Shown here: positions 11,303-22,904 of the stretch, piece after piece
Numbering within the stretch: position 1 is the stretch's first letter
Layout: each line of letters begins with the position of its first letter
The notes under the pieces: generated by a model
Databases searched by the model: none
What the model saw: the letters and a program-made list of their open reading frames with translations, nothing else
What the model was told of the DNA's origin: nothing
DNA from: Mobula hypostoma
Lineage: Eukaryota
Direction: 5' to 3'
NCBI RefSeq assembly: GCF_963921235.1
Contig: NC_086107.1
Span: 101,806,001 to 101,870,000 of the forward strand
Length of the DNA: 64,000 nucleotides
Program-made: the position numbers and the translations under genes

Positions 11303-12626
11303 TATCAGAGGCCTCTCTGTTGGTCAGGATCGACCACGGATGTAGCATCCCAGCTGTCTCTGTGATGCACAAGCCAGGGCAAGCTGCTGTCCATGTAGCA
11401 GGCTTCCCTTCTGCACGCAGCTGATGAATCTAAAGGAACAGCAGAGACCAATACAGTTTGGCACCAGTGGCATCGCATGAATTGCCAGTCAGCTTTGAAC
11501 TCAATGTAGAACTACTTTGGGGGACTCCAAGTCCAGATATTTCCTCAGGGTTTACTGAAGCTTCCTCTATAAGTAGGTATTGCTGAAATGCAGCAGAGGT
11601 TTGCGATTGAGTACTGCCTATAGGATGGAGGCATGCTCGGACGCAGTAGCTTCTATGGGGTCAACCAGAAGTGTTATTGTCTTTTCGTAAACATTTTTTT
11701 TTAAGACAGTGCTGAACGTTAAGAACTCAAAGTGCTGCAAGTCTACCTCTCTGCTAGTTGCACATTGGCAGAGAAACTGAAGGAGCTGGATTTGGTGCAG
11801 ACCAGGATGCTGGTGTGCAAGGGAGGCATGTAGTCTAACCGTGAGTGATCGTCTTAATTGCTTTGCTTCTGATCACAAGACCCTTTCGGACATTGGTGGT
11901 GTGGAATGTTGCAAGTCCAATTCATTGGTCTATTGGCAAACACCAGGGGAGCAGCGTGACCTCCATTGTAGTAAGGACTAGGCCTCAATGCATGGTGTCG
12001 CCTATTTGCAGCCACCCAGGGGGAGGCGTCGGAATTGAGCGCTCCACTGAAGGTGTTGTGGCACAGCATGTATGCCGATGGTGGTGCTGCCCCGCAGCAC
12101 TCACTTGGCTGAAGACTAGCTGTATTGTGTTCGACTGCAGACTGCTGTAACATTCATGGACTCGGGGACTTGGACTATTTTTTTAAGTGACTGTATTTTA
12201 TTGCTATCTTGTATGTGCTTGCTATTTTGTATGTGCCTGCTATCTTGTGTGTACCTTGTGCTTTGTGTGACTGTTGGAACTATGTTTGTACCTTGGCTCC
12301 AGAGTGATACTGCTTCATTTGCCTGTATTCATGTATTGTTGAATGACAATTAAACTTGAATTTGAACTAGATTAGCTACCAATTACAGCGGATGAGGCCC
12401 ATTTGTCCAAAGCAACTCGTTTTAAGGCACCAGTAACCCACCTTTGCCCCTTTTCCTGTCAGTAGAAACAGTTCTGCCAGGGTTAGCAGCTAAACCCCAC
12501 TTGAAGGCCAGGAGCTGGACTTGGTTGTCAGAGACTATTAGAGATACATGCCATTGGGAGCATTTAATAGCTAGTGGTAGCTCATCCCCACTACCACTCC
12601 TAGCTATAACAACCTTAAGGAACCCC
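11303..12626 (-). mobile_element. Unclassified structured non-coding retroposon, possibly RTE-related, split by a later insertion
   Basis: GC-richer segments 11303-11620 and 12367-12626 read as one element from my recollection of elasmobranch repeats. Hairpins at the presumed 5' end. Confidence 0.45.
11621..12366 (+). mobile_element. Non-coding retroposon with a Rex1-type 3' tail
   Basis: Ends CATGTATTGTTGAATGACAATTAAACTTGAATTTGAA, matching the reverse complement of the Rex1 tail at 55970-56050. CTA on both sides. Confidence 0.65.
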
Positions 12627-13094
12627 ATTCATATCAAGACCATCAGAAACTTACCAGTTCAAGAAGTAATAGGATTTTTAAAATGGTGAGAATATGTACA
12701 TCAAAGAGACTGAGATACAAACAACTGAAAATGATGGTAAATGATTGATTTTTTTTTGAACCAGAATGAAGAATGCAAGGGTGTCTCTCCATCAGGATCT
12801 GATGTTGAGATTACTTCTCTCATATATATTAAGCACCAAACTCTGGTACATGCACCATAATTTCAATGTTTGCAATATTTTTACAACATTTTTGAAAAAT
12901 ATATAAAACAGGATGGGAAGAACAGAGGTCTTCAGGAGTATATAGACTGGTAAAATGGGAAGAAAAATGGAAGATCAGTTTTAATACAGAGATGTTGAAA
13001 TGATGCATTAAGGTAAAGAAAAGCTAGAGAATGAGAAAATGTAGCTATAGGAATGAGAGAATTTCCTGCAACTGCAAGCTCCATTATCTCCCCA

Positions 13095-13420
13095 TTCAAT
13101 GCCATATTTATTGCTATATGCACAAGTACATGTATGCATAGGTGCAATTAAAAAAACTTGCAACAGCACTCACGAGCAATAATGAATTAATTTTTATAAG
13201 AAAGAAGATAATTGAACAAAATAAAATCCATTTTAGTGAAAAGTGTTGTTAAACTCTAGTGATTAGAGTTGTGCCAAATGGTTGAAGGGAAGGAGCTAAT
13301 CTTGAGGCTGGTAGTGAGGGTCTTCAGACTTCTGTACCTTCTACCTAATTGTAACAATGAAAAGATGGCATGGCCCACATGGTAGAGATCTTTGATAAAT
13401 GTTATCTTCTTGAGGCAGTT
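13095..13420 (-). mobile_element. Rex1 3' fragment
   Basis: ORF 13256-13447(-): CLKKITFIKD.YHVGHAIFSLLQLGRRYRSLK...SSFPSTI. Confidence 0.8.
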
Positions 13421-14747
13421 CAACCTATTTTGTGGTGATACAGTCAAAGAGTACTACAGCACTGAAACAGATCCTTCAGTCCATCTGGTCAATGTGTACA
13501 TAATCATTCTGCCTATTCCCGTTAACCTGCACTTGGACCATAGCCCTCTCACACCCCTCCCATTCATGTACTTATCTAAACTTCACTTCAATGTTGAAAT
13601 CAAACTCGCATCCACCATTTTCATGGGCAGCTCACCACCCTCTGAGTGAAGAAGTTCCCCCTCATGTTCTCCCTAAATATTTTACCATTCACCCTTAACC
13701 TATGACTTTTAGTTCTAATCTCACCCCAATCTCCATGGAAAAGGCCTGCTCATTTACCCTATCTATACCACTCATAATTTTGTACACCTATATCAAATCT
13801 CCCCTCATTCTCTAACACTCCAGGGAATAAAGTCCTAAGCTATTCCACATCAACCTATAACTTGGGTCCTCAAGCCCCAGCAACATCCTTATAAATTTTC
13901 TCTATACTCTTTCAATCTTGTATCTTTCCTGCAGGTAGGTGACCAGAACACAACACTCCAAATTAGGCATCACCAACATTTTATACAACTTTAACATCCC
14001 AACTCTTGTATTCAGTACCTTGATTAAGGAAGGCCAATATGCTAAAAGCTCCCTTTATGACCATATCTACCTGGATGCTACTTTCAATAAATTATTGACT
14101 GTACTCCTAGGTCCCTCTGTTCTACAGCACTCCTCAGTGCCCTACCATTTACTGTTAAAACTTACCTTGGTTTGCCTTCACAAAGTACAACACCTCACAC
14201 TTATCTGCACTGAAGTCCATCTACCATTTTTAGCCCATTTTTCCAGCTGGTCCAGATCCCAAAGTAAAATTTGATAGGCTTTCTTGCTGTCCACTACACT
14301 CCCAGTCTTGGTGTCAACTGCAAGTTTGCTGATCCAATTTACTACATTAACATCCACATCGTTGATATAGATGACAAACAACAGAAGATCCAGCACTAAT
14401 CCCCGTGGCACATCATTTGTCACAGGCTTCCAGTCAGAGATGCAACCATCCACCACTCCTTGCTAGCTTCTCCCATGTTGCCAATATCGAATCCAATTTA
14501 CTACTTCATCCTGAATGCCAAGTGACTGAACCTTCTTGACCAACCTCCCATGTCAAATGCCTTGATGAAGTTCATGTAGACAACACCCACTGCCTAGCCT
14601 TCATCAACTTTCCTGGTAACTTCCTTGAGAAACTCGACAAGATTGGTTAGGCATGATCTTCCATGCACAAAGACGTTTTGATTGTTCTTAATCAGACACT
14701 GTCTTTCCAAATACTTATATATCCAGTCCCTTAGAATACCTTCCAGT

Positions 14748-17270
14748 GAGAGTTGTCTATAGGCCACCAAATAATAACATTACAGTGGCACAGGCAATAA
14801 ACGGAGAAATATCTGAGGCATGTAAAAATGGAACAGTAGTTATTGTGGAGGACTTTAACTTGCACATAGATTGGGTGAGTCAAGTTGGTTGAGGCACTCT
14901 TGAGGAGGACTTCATAAAATGCATACATAATAACTTTCTTCAACAGCATGTTACTGAACCTACAAGGGAATGTGCTATCTTGGATCTGGTCCTGTGCAAT
15001 GAGACAGGTAAAATTAGCAATCTTGTAGCTGGGGATCCTCTTGGAAACAGTAATCACAGTATGATTGAGTGTCTCATATAAATGGAGGGTGCAATAGTTT
15101 GATCTAAAAACAAGGGAGACTACAATGGGATGAGGAAGGATTTGGATAAGGTAGACTGGGAACACGGGCTGTCTGGTAGGATGGTTGAGAGACAGTGGAG
15201 GACTTTCAAAGAGATTTTTCACAGTGCTCAACAAAAGTATATTCCAGTTAAAAGCAAGAACAGTATGAATGGGGAGAGCAGGCCATGGATAACTAAGGAA
15301 ATGAAAGCATCAAATTAAAATCTCATGCGTCACCAAGAATAGTGGGAAACTGGAAGATTGGGAAAGCTTTAAAAGGCAACAAAGAACCACTAAACAAGCA
15401 ATAAAGCAAGGGAAGATAGATTATGAAAATAAATCAGTGCAAAATATAAAAACGGATAGTAAAAGTTTTTATAATTATATAAAGCGGAAAAGGGTGCCAA
15501 AGTGAGCGTAGGTCCCTTGGAGGACAAGGGGGAGTTGATATTGGGTAATGAGGAAATGGCTGAGGCTTTGAATATCTATTTTGTGTTGGTCGTCACGATG
15601 GAGAACACATCTGACATGCCATAGAGAGATGATATGGATGCAGTTGGAGGTGAGGATCTCGATACAGTAGCTATCACTAAAGAGGCAGTGCTGAGCAAAC
15701 TTGTGGGCCTAAAGGTAGATAAGTACCCTCGTCCTGATGGAATATATCCCAGGGTACTAAAAGAAATAGCAGAGGTTATAGTTGAGGCTTTGGTGATAAT
15801 TTACCAAAATTCTCTGAACTCTGGGCAGGTCTCGGCAGATTGGAAGAAGGTGAATGTCACGCCACTATTCAAAAAAGGATGTAGGCAAAAGGCAGGTAAC
15901 TATAGGCCAGTTAATTTAACATCTGTAGTTGCTTGGGGCTATCATCAAAGAAGAGATAGTGAGGCATCTGGAAAGAAATGGATCCATCATACAGACACAG
16001 CATGGATTTAGCAAAGGCAGATCCTGTCTGACAAACTTACTGGAGTTGTTTGAGGATATAACAAGCGCAGTGGATAGAGGGGAACAGACATTATATACTT
16101 ATATTTCCAGAGGCGTTTGATAAGGTGCCACATAGAAGACTTATCCATAAGATAAGCATATATAGAGTTGGGGTTGGTGTATTGGCATAGATAGAGGATT
16201 GATTAAACAATAGAAAGCAGAGAGTTGGGATACATGGGTGTTTCTCTGGTTGGTAATTAGTGGTGAGCAGTATGCCACAGGGGTCGATGCTGGGCCCACA
16301 ACTGTGCACGATATAAGTTTATGATCTGGAAGAGGGTACTGAGTGTAGTGTATGTAAGTTTGTTGGTAACACTAAATTGAGTGGAAAAGCAAATTGTGCA
16401 GAGGATACAGAGAGTCTGCAGAGAGATATAGATAGGTTAAATGAGTAGGCAAGGGGCTGGCAGATGGAGTACAATGTTGGTAAAGTGAGATCATGCACTT
16501 TGGAAGGAAAAATGGAAAAGCAGTTTATTATTTAAATGGTAAAATATTGCAGTATGCTGCTGTACATAGACTTGAGAGGGCTTGTGCATGAATTGAAAAA
16601 GGTGCAGCAGGCTATCAAGAAGGCAAATAGAATGTTGGCCTTCATTGTTAGAGGGACTGAATTTAAGACCAGGGAGGGTATGCTGCAACTGTATAGGGTA
16701 ATGGTGAGGCTGCATCTGGAATACTATGTGCAGTTCTGGTCTCCTTATTTGAGGGGGATATATTGGTTTTGGGGGCAATGCAGAGGAGGTTCACCAGGTT
16801 GATTCCAGAGATGAGGGGGATAGATTATGAGGAGAGATTGAGTCACCAGGGCCAGTACTCGCTGGAGTTCAGAAGAATGAGAGGAGATCTTATAGAAACA
16901 TATAAAATTATGAAAGGGATAGATAAGATAGAGGTAGGAAAGTTGTTTCTGCAGGTAGGTAAGACTAGAACTAGGGTACATCACCTCAAGATTCAGGGGA
17001 GTAGATTTAGGATGGAGATGAGGAGGAACTGCTTTTCCGAGAGAGTGGTGAATCTGTGGAATTCTCTGCCCAATGAAACAGTGGAGGCTACCTCAGTAAA
17101 TATATTTAAGACAAGGTTGGATAGATTTTTGCATAGTACGGGAATTAAGGGTTATGGGAGAAAGGCAGGTAGGTGGAGATGAGTCCATGGTCACATCAGC
17201 CATGATCTATTGAAAGGCGGAGTAGGCTTAATGGGCCAGATGGCCTACTCCTGTTCCTATTTCTTATGTT
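14748..17270 (+). mobile_element. CR1 LINE ORF2, 5'-truncated, with intact 3' end
   Basis: VVYRPPN, GNYRPVNLTSVV, QHGFSKGRSCLTNLLE, LEYYVQFWSP, RMRGDLIETYKIM; tail CCTATTTCTTATGTT at about 17270. Confidence 0.92.
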
Positions 17271-18160
17271 ACCTACTACTGATAACCAGCTCACTGGCTT
17301 ATAATTTCCAGGCCTATTCTTCAAATCTTTCTTTAAAAATGTAACAACATTGGCTATCCGGCACCTCATCCATGGCTAAGGACATTTTCGATATTTGTAC
17401 TAGGGTCCCTGCAGTTTCTGCACCAGCCTCCCACCATGTCTGAGGGAACACTTTGTCAGGCCCTGGGGATTTATGCATCCTAATTTGTCTCAGGATAGCA
17501 AGCATCTTCTCCTCTGTAATCCAGTTATGGTCCACGCCCTCACTGCTGTTTTGCTTCCATTCTGTAGACTCTTGTGTCCATCTCCCGAGTAAATACAGAT
17601 CCATAGATGACCACATTGATCTTCAAGAGGACAAATTTGGTCCCTTACTATCCTTTTGCTCAACATATCTGTAGAAGCCCTTGGGGTTCTCCTTCACCTT
17701 GTCTGCCAGAGCAACCTTCTTTTAGCCCTTCTGTCTTCTCTCTTAAGTATTCTCTTGTATCCCTTATACTCGTCAAATACCACATTTCTTCTTTGCTGTC
17801 TATACTTGCTATGCACCTCCTTCTTCTTAACAAGACTTCAATAGTTCTCAAAAACCATTGTTCCCTGATCCTGTTCTGACAGAAACATATAAACTCGGTA
17901 CTCTCAAAATTTCACTTTGCCAGAAAACAATCTATACCAGTCTATACTTGCCAGATCCTTTCTGATGCCACCAAAATTGGCCTTTCTCCAATTTAGAATC
18001 TCAACCCAGTAACCAGACCTAGTCTTCTCCATAATTATCTTGAACTAAGGAATGTGATCATTAGATCCAATGTGTTCCTCTACTCATCTGCCATACCTTG
18101 TTCCCTAATAGGAGATCCTGTATTGCACTATCTTTATTTAGGACCTCTATGTATTGATGA

Positions 18161-21100
18161 TTTTACTTCTTGTGTCACACATATCCAATATCTTGTTAGT
18201 GACCCATGGTTTAGACTTGCGGCGGCTTTTCCCCAGAATCTTGCTTGCTGTTTCCTTCATCACTGTGTTAAAGTTATTTGTGGTGGTCTCCAGGTCTTCA
18301 TCAAGGAGGAGTATTGGTGCAAACTCCTCCCCCCCCCCCAATTACTGCCTGAAATTCTTCAAAGATGGCGGGGTCTTTCAGTTTTTCAAGGTAGAATCTC
18401 AGCCAGCTGTTTTTCGGCTTGTTGATTTTTCTCAAGCGCACTCTGATGTTCATCATGACAAGGTCATGGTCACTGCCCACGTCTGCTCCTGGGAATGTTC
18501 TGGTCTTCAGTCTGTTCACACCAGATTTGTGCCATCTTTGCACCAGGATGTAGTCAATCTCATGATGTTGACCATTGGGGGCATGCCAGGCCCATCTTCG
18601 GGATGCTTTGTGCTCTCCAAGAGTGTTTGACAGCACTATGTTGTTATAACTGGCAAATTCCAGCAGGCGTAGTCCCCTCTCATTGGAGGTGTCATTGCAT
18701 GAGGTGCCGATCAGATCTCCCCAATCATCTTGTGCGTCTCTGCCCACCTTGGCATTCCAGTCACCCTGAATGATCAAAATATCTTTTTTGTCCACCTTGT
18801 CGATGGCGTCTTGTAGTTTCTTATAGAATTCTTCAATGTGTTCATTGTTGTAGTCTGTTGTTGGGGCGTAGACTTGTGCCACTGTGATGTTGAATGGCTT
18901 TACTCATAGGCGGATGGTATTGAGCCTGCTTGACACTGGTTGACATTCTAGGACAGCGTTCTTGATGGATTTGTTGACTAGGAACCCTACGTCATTTTCA
19001 TGTCTGTTCTTTTCTCCACTGTAATAGAGTACATGTCCTTCCTCAGTATGCACTTCTCCAGCGTTCTTCCATCTGGCCTCACAGAGCCCGAGGAAGTGCC
19101 AGTTGTATCTTTCCATCTCATGCGTGAGTTCCTTAAGTTTCCCTGCTTAGTTCAGCGTTCTTACATTCCATGTGGCAATTGTGATGTTCTCTCTGCCATG
19201 GATCTTCTGTGTCGAATCACCACTAGCACATTTATCACGTCCACCCTGGTGTGAGACAGATAGCGTTGTCATTGGTAACCCGGGCTGTGACTGATCCTGT
19301 ATGAAGTTGCTTTTTGGTGTGCTCATCATGCTGCGTGTCTTGGGCATCTGAAATCTGAAGCCCATTCCTCTCCAGGTTAAACCACAGCCGATTTCCTCCA
19401 ACTAGGTGGCTTGCCTTGGTCATGAACATGTGGCCGTTATACTTCATCTATGGAAGTCATTCACCCAGTGGTGCCATGTTAACACCACCCCCTCACGTGG
19501 TTTAGCCTGCCAGCTGAAGCGGTTTACCAGGGTATGGCACTTGCAGCCAACACCTGAGAGATTTAGGAGATGGATGAGTACCGGTGATGCCCGTCCACCC
19601 TGTCTGGTAAGGAGCAGCATGCCAGACATCAAAGGTATTACCTCTATCCAGAGCCCCCTATACCCCAGCAGAGGGAAGAACAGAATCCAGGAAAACCAAC
19701 AAGGATATCAGGAGGGAAATGAAGGAAACAAAGCAAAGATGGATAGCGGAACAATGTGCAGACATTGAAGACAGCCTCTCCAACAACACAAAGAAGACAT
19801 TCCAACTGTTGAAAGATCTTACCAAAGAAAAATAAGCCAAAGTAAACACCATCCAAGACAAAAATGACAAAAGTCTCACAGAAGAAAAGGAAATAATGGA
19901 AAGATGGACAGAGTACCGTTCAGAACTGTGCAACTACCAGAGCAAAGGGGATCCAAGCGTACTGAATGTACAGGAATCTTCCAGTGAGGATGACTATCTA
20001 ATCATGTGTGAAGAAGTTGAAGCCGCAATACGATCACTGAAGTGCAGGAAGTCAGCAGGAGTTGACAACATCCCTGCTGAACTGCTGAAGCATGGAGGAC
20101 AGGCCACGATAGACATGCTTACCACCATCTGCAATAAGATCTGGCAGACAGATGAATGGCTGACACCTTGGACTCAGAGTCGCTGATCATTGTGCTTCCC
20201 AAGAATGGCAATCTCCAACTTTGCCAGAATTACCTTACCATCAGTTTGATCAGCCATGTAAGCAAGGTAATGCTCAGAATCATCTTGAACAGACTGAGAT
20301 CTCAGGCAGAAGACATCATTGCTGAGGAACAAGCAGGCTTCTATAAGGGCAGAAGCACCACTGAGCAGATTTTCAACCTCCGCGCCCTCTGTGAGAAACA
20401 CCTTCAGCACCAGAGAGAGTTCTACCATGTCTTCATAGACTTCAAGAAGGCGTTTGACAGAGTCTGGCATGATGCCTTATGGGCCACCATGAAGAAATTC
20501 AACATGGGGCAGAAGCTGATTCATACAATCCATTGGCTTTATGCCAAGGCAACCAGTGCAGTACTCACTCAGAGCACAATTGGGGAGTGGTTCCATACCT
20601 CTGTAGGAGTTCATCAGGGCTGCCTCCTCTCCCCCACTCTCTTCAATGTCTTCCTGGAACGAATCATGAGTGTTACCCTTGAAGATCATGTGGGCACAGT
20701 CAGCATCGGAGGGAGGAACATCACAAACCTAAGATTTTGCTGACGACATTGATGGACTTGCAGGAAAAGACAAACTGGCCAACTTGGTCAGCCATCTTGA
20801 CAGAGCTTCCACAAAGTCTGGAATGGAAATAAGTGCCGAGAAAACCAAGCTCATGGCAAATGCCAATGGTGCCATCACAACAGACATTTCAGTCCATGGT
20901 CAGAAACTTGAGAAAGTGCAGCAGTTCAAATACCTGGGGGCAATCATCAGTGATGAAGGATCAAGACCAGGATTCCTGGCAAGAATCGCACAGACAATGA
21001 CTGCACTATCCAAACTCAAGACAATATGGAGGGACAGCAACATCACCATGAAGTACAAGATCAGACTCCTGCGTGCATTGGTATTCTCCATCTTCCTGTA

Positions 21101-21541
21101 CGCATGCGAGACATGGCCCATCATAGCAGAGCTACAGAGGAAGAGACAGGCATGGGAAATGAGATGCTATTGCATCATCTTGGGCATCTCATACTTGGAC
21201 CACATCACAAACGAGCAGGTCCGCAAGACCATCCAACACCACATTGGCCCTCATGAAGACCTTCTCACAACAGTGAAGAAAAGAAAACTGAGATGGTACG
21301 GCCATGTAACAAGATCCAGTGGCCTTGCAAAGACCGTTCTACAAGGAACTGTGGAGGGGAAAAGAAGGAGAGGTAGACAGAGGAAAAGATAGACGGACAA
21401 CATTAAAAAATGGACAGGGAAAACATTTGTGGTGACCCATGCTCTGGCACACAACCGCGACAGATGGAACAGACTGGTGAAAATCTTGTCATGACGCCGC
21501 CCCGACGACTCCACCAGGAGTTAAGGGTGCAAGGCAAGGCT
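18161..21541 (+). mobile_element. RTE-clade LINE, essentially full length, with inverted 5' half
   Basis: Minus strand 18161-19666: 5' UTR and APE (ATWNVRTL, QVYAPT, GDWNAKVG, GSDH). Plus strand 19667-21541: linker, RT (FIDFKKAFDRV, QGCLLSPTLFN, F-ADD), LRWYGHVTR, GKRRRGRQRKR, (CAAGG)n tail. TSD TATTGATGA 18152-18160 and TATTAATGA 21542-21550. Confidence 0.93.
19490..19666 (-). ncRNA. HDV-like self-cleaving ribozyme at the 5' end of the RTE element (degenerate copy)
   Basis: P1 GGGGUAU/AUACCCU with a G1-U wobble; P2 CUCUCAGGUGUU/ACCACGUGAGGG; P3 GGC/GCC; GG after P1; short P4; J4/2 GCUAA. All elements are in HDV order. Confidence 0.75.
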
Positions 21542-22904
21542 TATTAATGAAGGAAACTTTGTTGAACACGTCGGACAAACTCTATCGCATCTTGCCCTTC
21601 TATAATATGGGAGTCCCAGTCAATATGTAGAAATTTAAAATCGCCTACTATCGCAGCCTTATGTTTCTTGCAACTGTCTGTGATCCCTCTACAAATTTGT
21701 TACTTGAAATCCTGCTGACTATTGGGTGGTCTGTAATATATAATTCATGATGCTTACTTCCCAAAAATATGTCTCACTGCAAAAGTAATTGCAAGTGGAG
21801 CTGAAGTTGAAAGTTTGAGTCAGGTGAAAGAGAAGGGGAATTATTCCTACTATCTCATAAAATTTGCAATGTGATGCACGACAGAATTCAAGTAATCAAA
21901 GAAGCACCTGCAGTTAACCATCAGCGATTAATTTAGCTATTTGTTTACCACATCCATAGCTACAAGTTATGATCCTAATAACTTCAGCACATTAAAACCA
22001 GAGGAAAACCTGCTCCTTCTGTGCTTCTGCAAGCCAGAATGAGCTAAATTGAATTCCTTGTTAGGTAGTGGAGGAAGGACTAGATAAGACATGGAGTTCC
22101 TGAGAGTGGTCTATATATACCTATCTTGCCAATTCTATAAACTCACATTTCTGAAGCAGCAGCACATCTGTCCTGTAGGACATTTGAGAACAGACTAGTT
22201 GAGATTAATTCTGCCTTGAGAGCACCGGTCCATTCTGTACATCTTCTTATTTATGTAAGTTAGATTGCAAATCATAGTCAGAGTTGCAAAACAGCACTGC
22301 AAATTTGAAGAGAGCGTTTCTGACAGCAATGCTTCTGCCTGGCCACAATTTCAATGGAGGTGTCTACATTGTAGATTACAGAACTGAGCATTTCAGCACT
22401 TCCTACCTCTGCTTCACTGCCTTTAGTATTTTTTTTGCTGCCCCCTGGGATTTTGTATTTCAGGTTTGCTGAGCTTCTGATTTATATTCTCCAAAAACTG
22501 GCCTTGCACCTCGATTTGCTTCTTCTCACTGTTGTGAAACTCACTCTCAGCATACATCCAACTGAATGACTTTCCACTTAGTGTATTGCTGTGTGCACTG
22601 ACACCTACAATAGATGAGTGTAATGTGGTACTCCCAGGAAAATTCCTCTCTAACCTAGAGCTCTGTCTACTTTCTGTGAGTGTCCAAGAGGAAAGAAGAA
22701 AAGATGAATATTTAGAACTTAGAAAGTATCAATGTGTCCAAGAGGGAAATAACAAATTGGTTGATGTTAAAATTGTCTGAAGGTGACTGCTTTGTGGTAC
22801 TGAAAAACTGCTTTAGTCAGTCTACTTTGCTGTGGTTGAGAGTGTTGGAGGTACAGTATGTCCAATCTCCAAGGTTCCCCCTCTTTTGGAGTCATCTGTA
22901 GCAT

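Larger units (their letters stand above)
13440..21750 (-). mobile_element. CR1 LINE host copy, interrupted by a second CR1 and by the RTE element
   Basis: 3' tail near 13440. RT motif LLFVIYINDVD...KLAVDTK (14178-14456). Continues at 17271-18160 (KSPGPDKV) and 21542-21750 (endonuclease region). Confidence 0.85.

Noticed and set aside
11420..11450. CTGATGA resembling a hammerhead box
   Set aside because: No stem II followed by GAAA, and it lies antisense to the presumed element orientation.
22679..22750. Short direct repeat GTGTCCAAGAGG
   Set aside because: Only two copies, probably a local duplication. Not an array.
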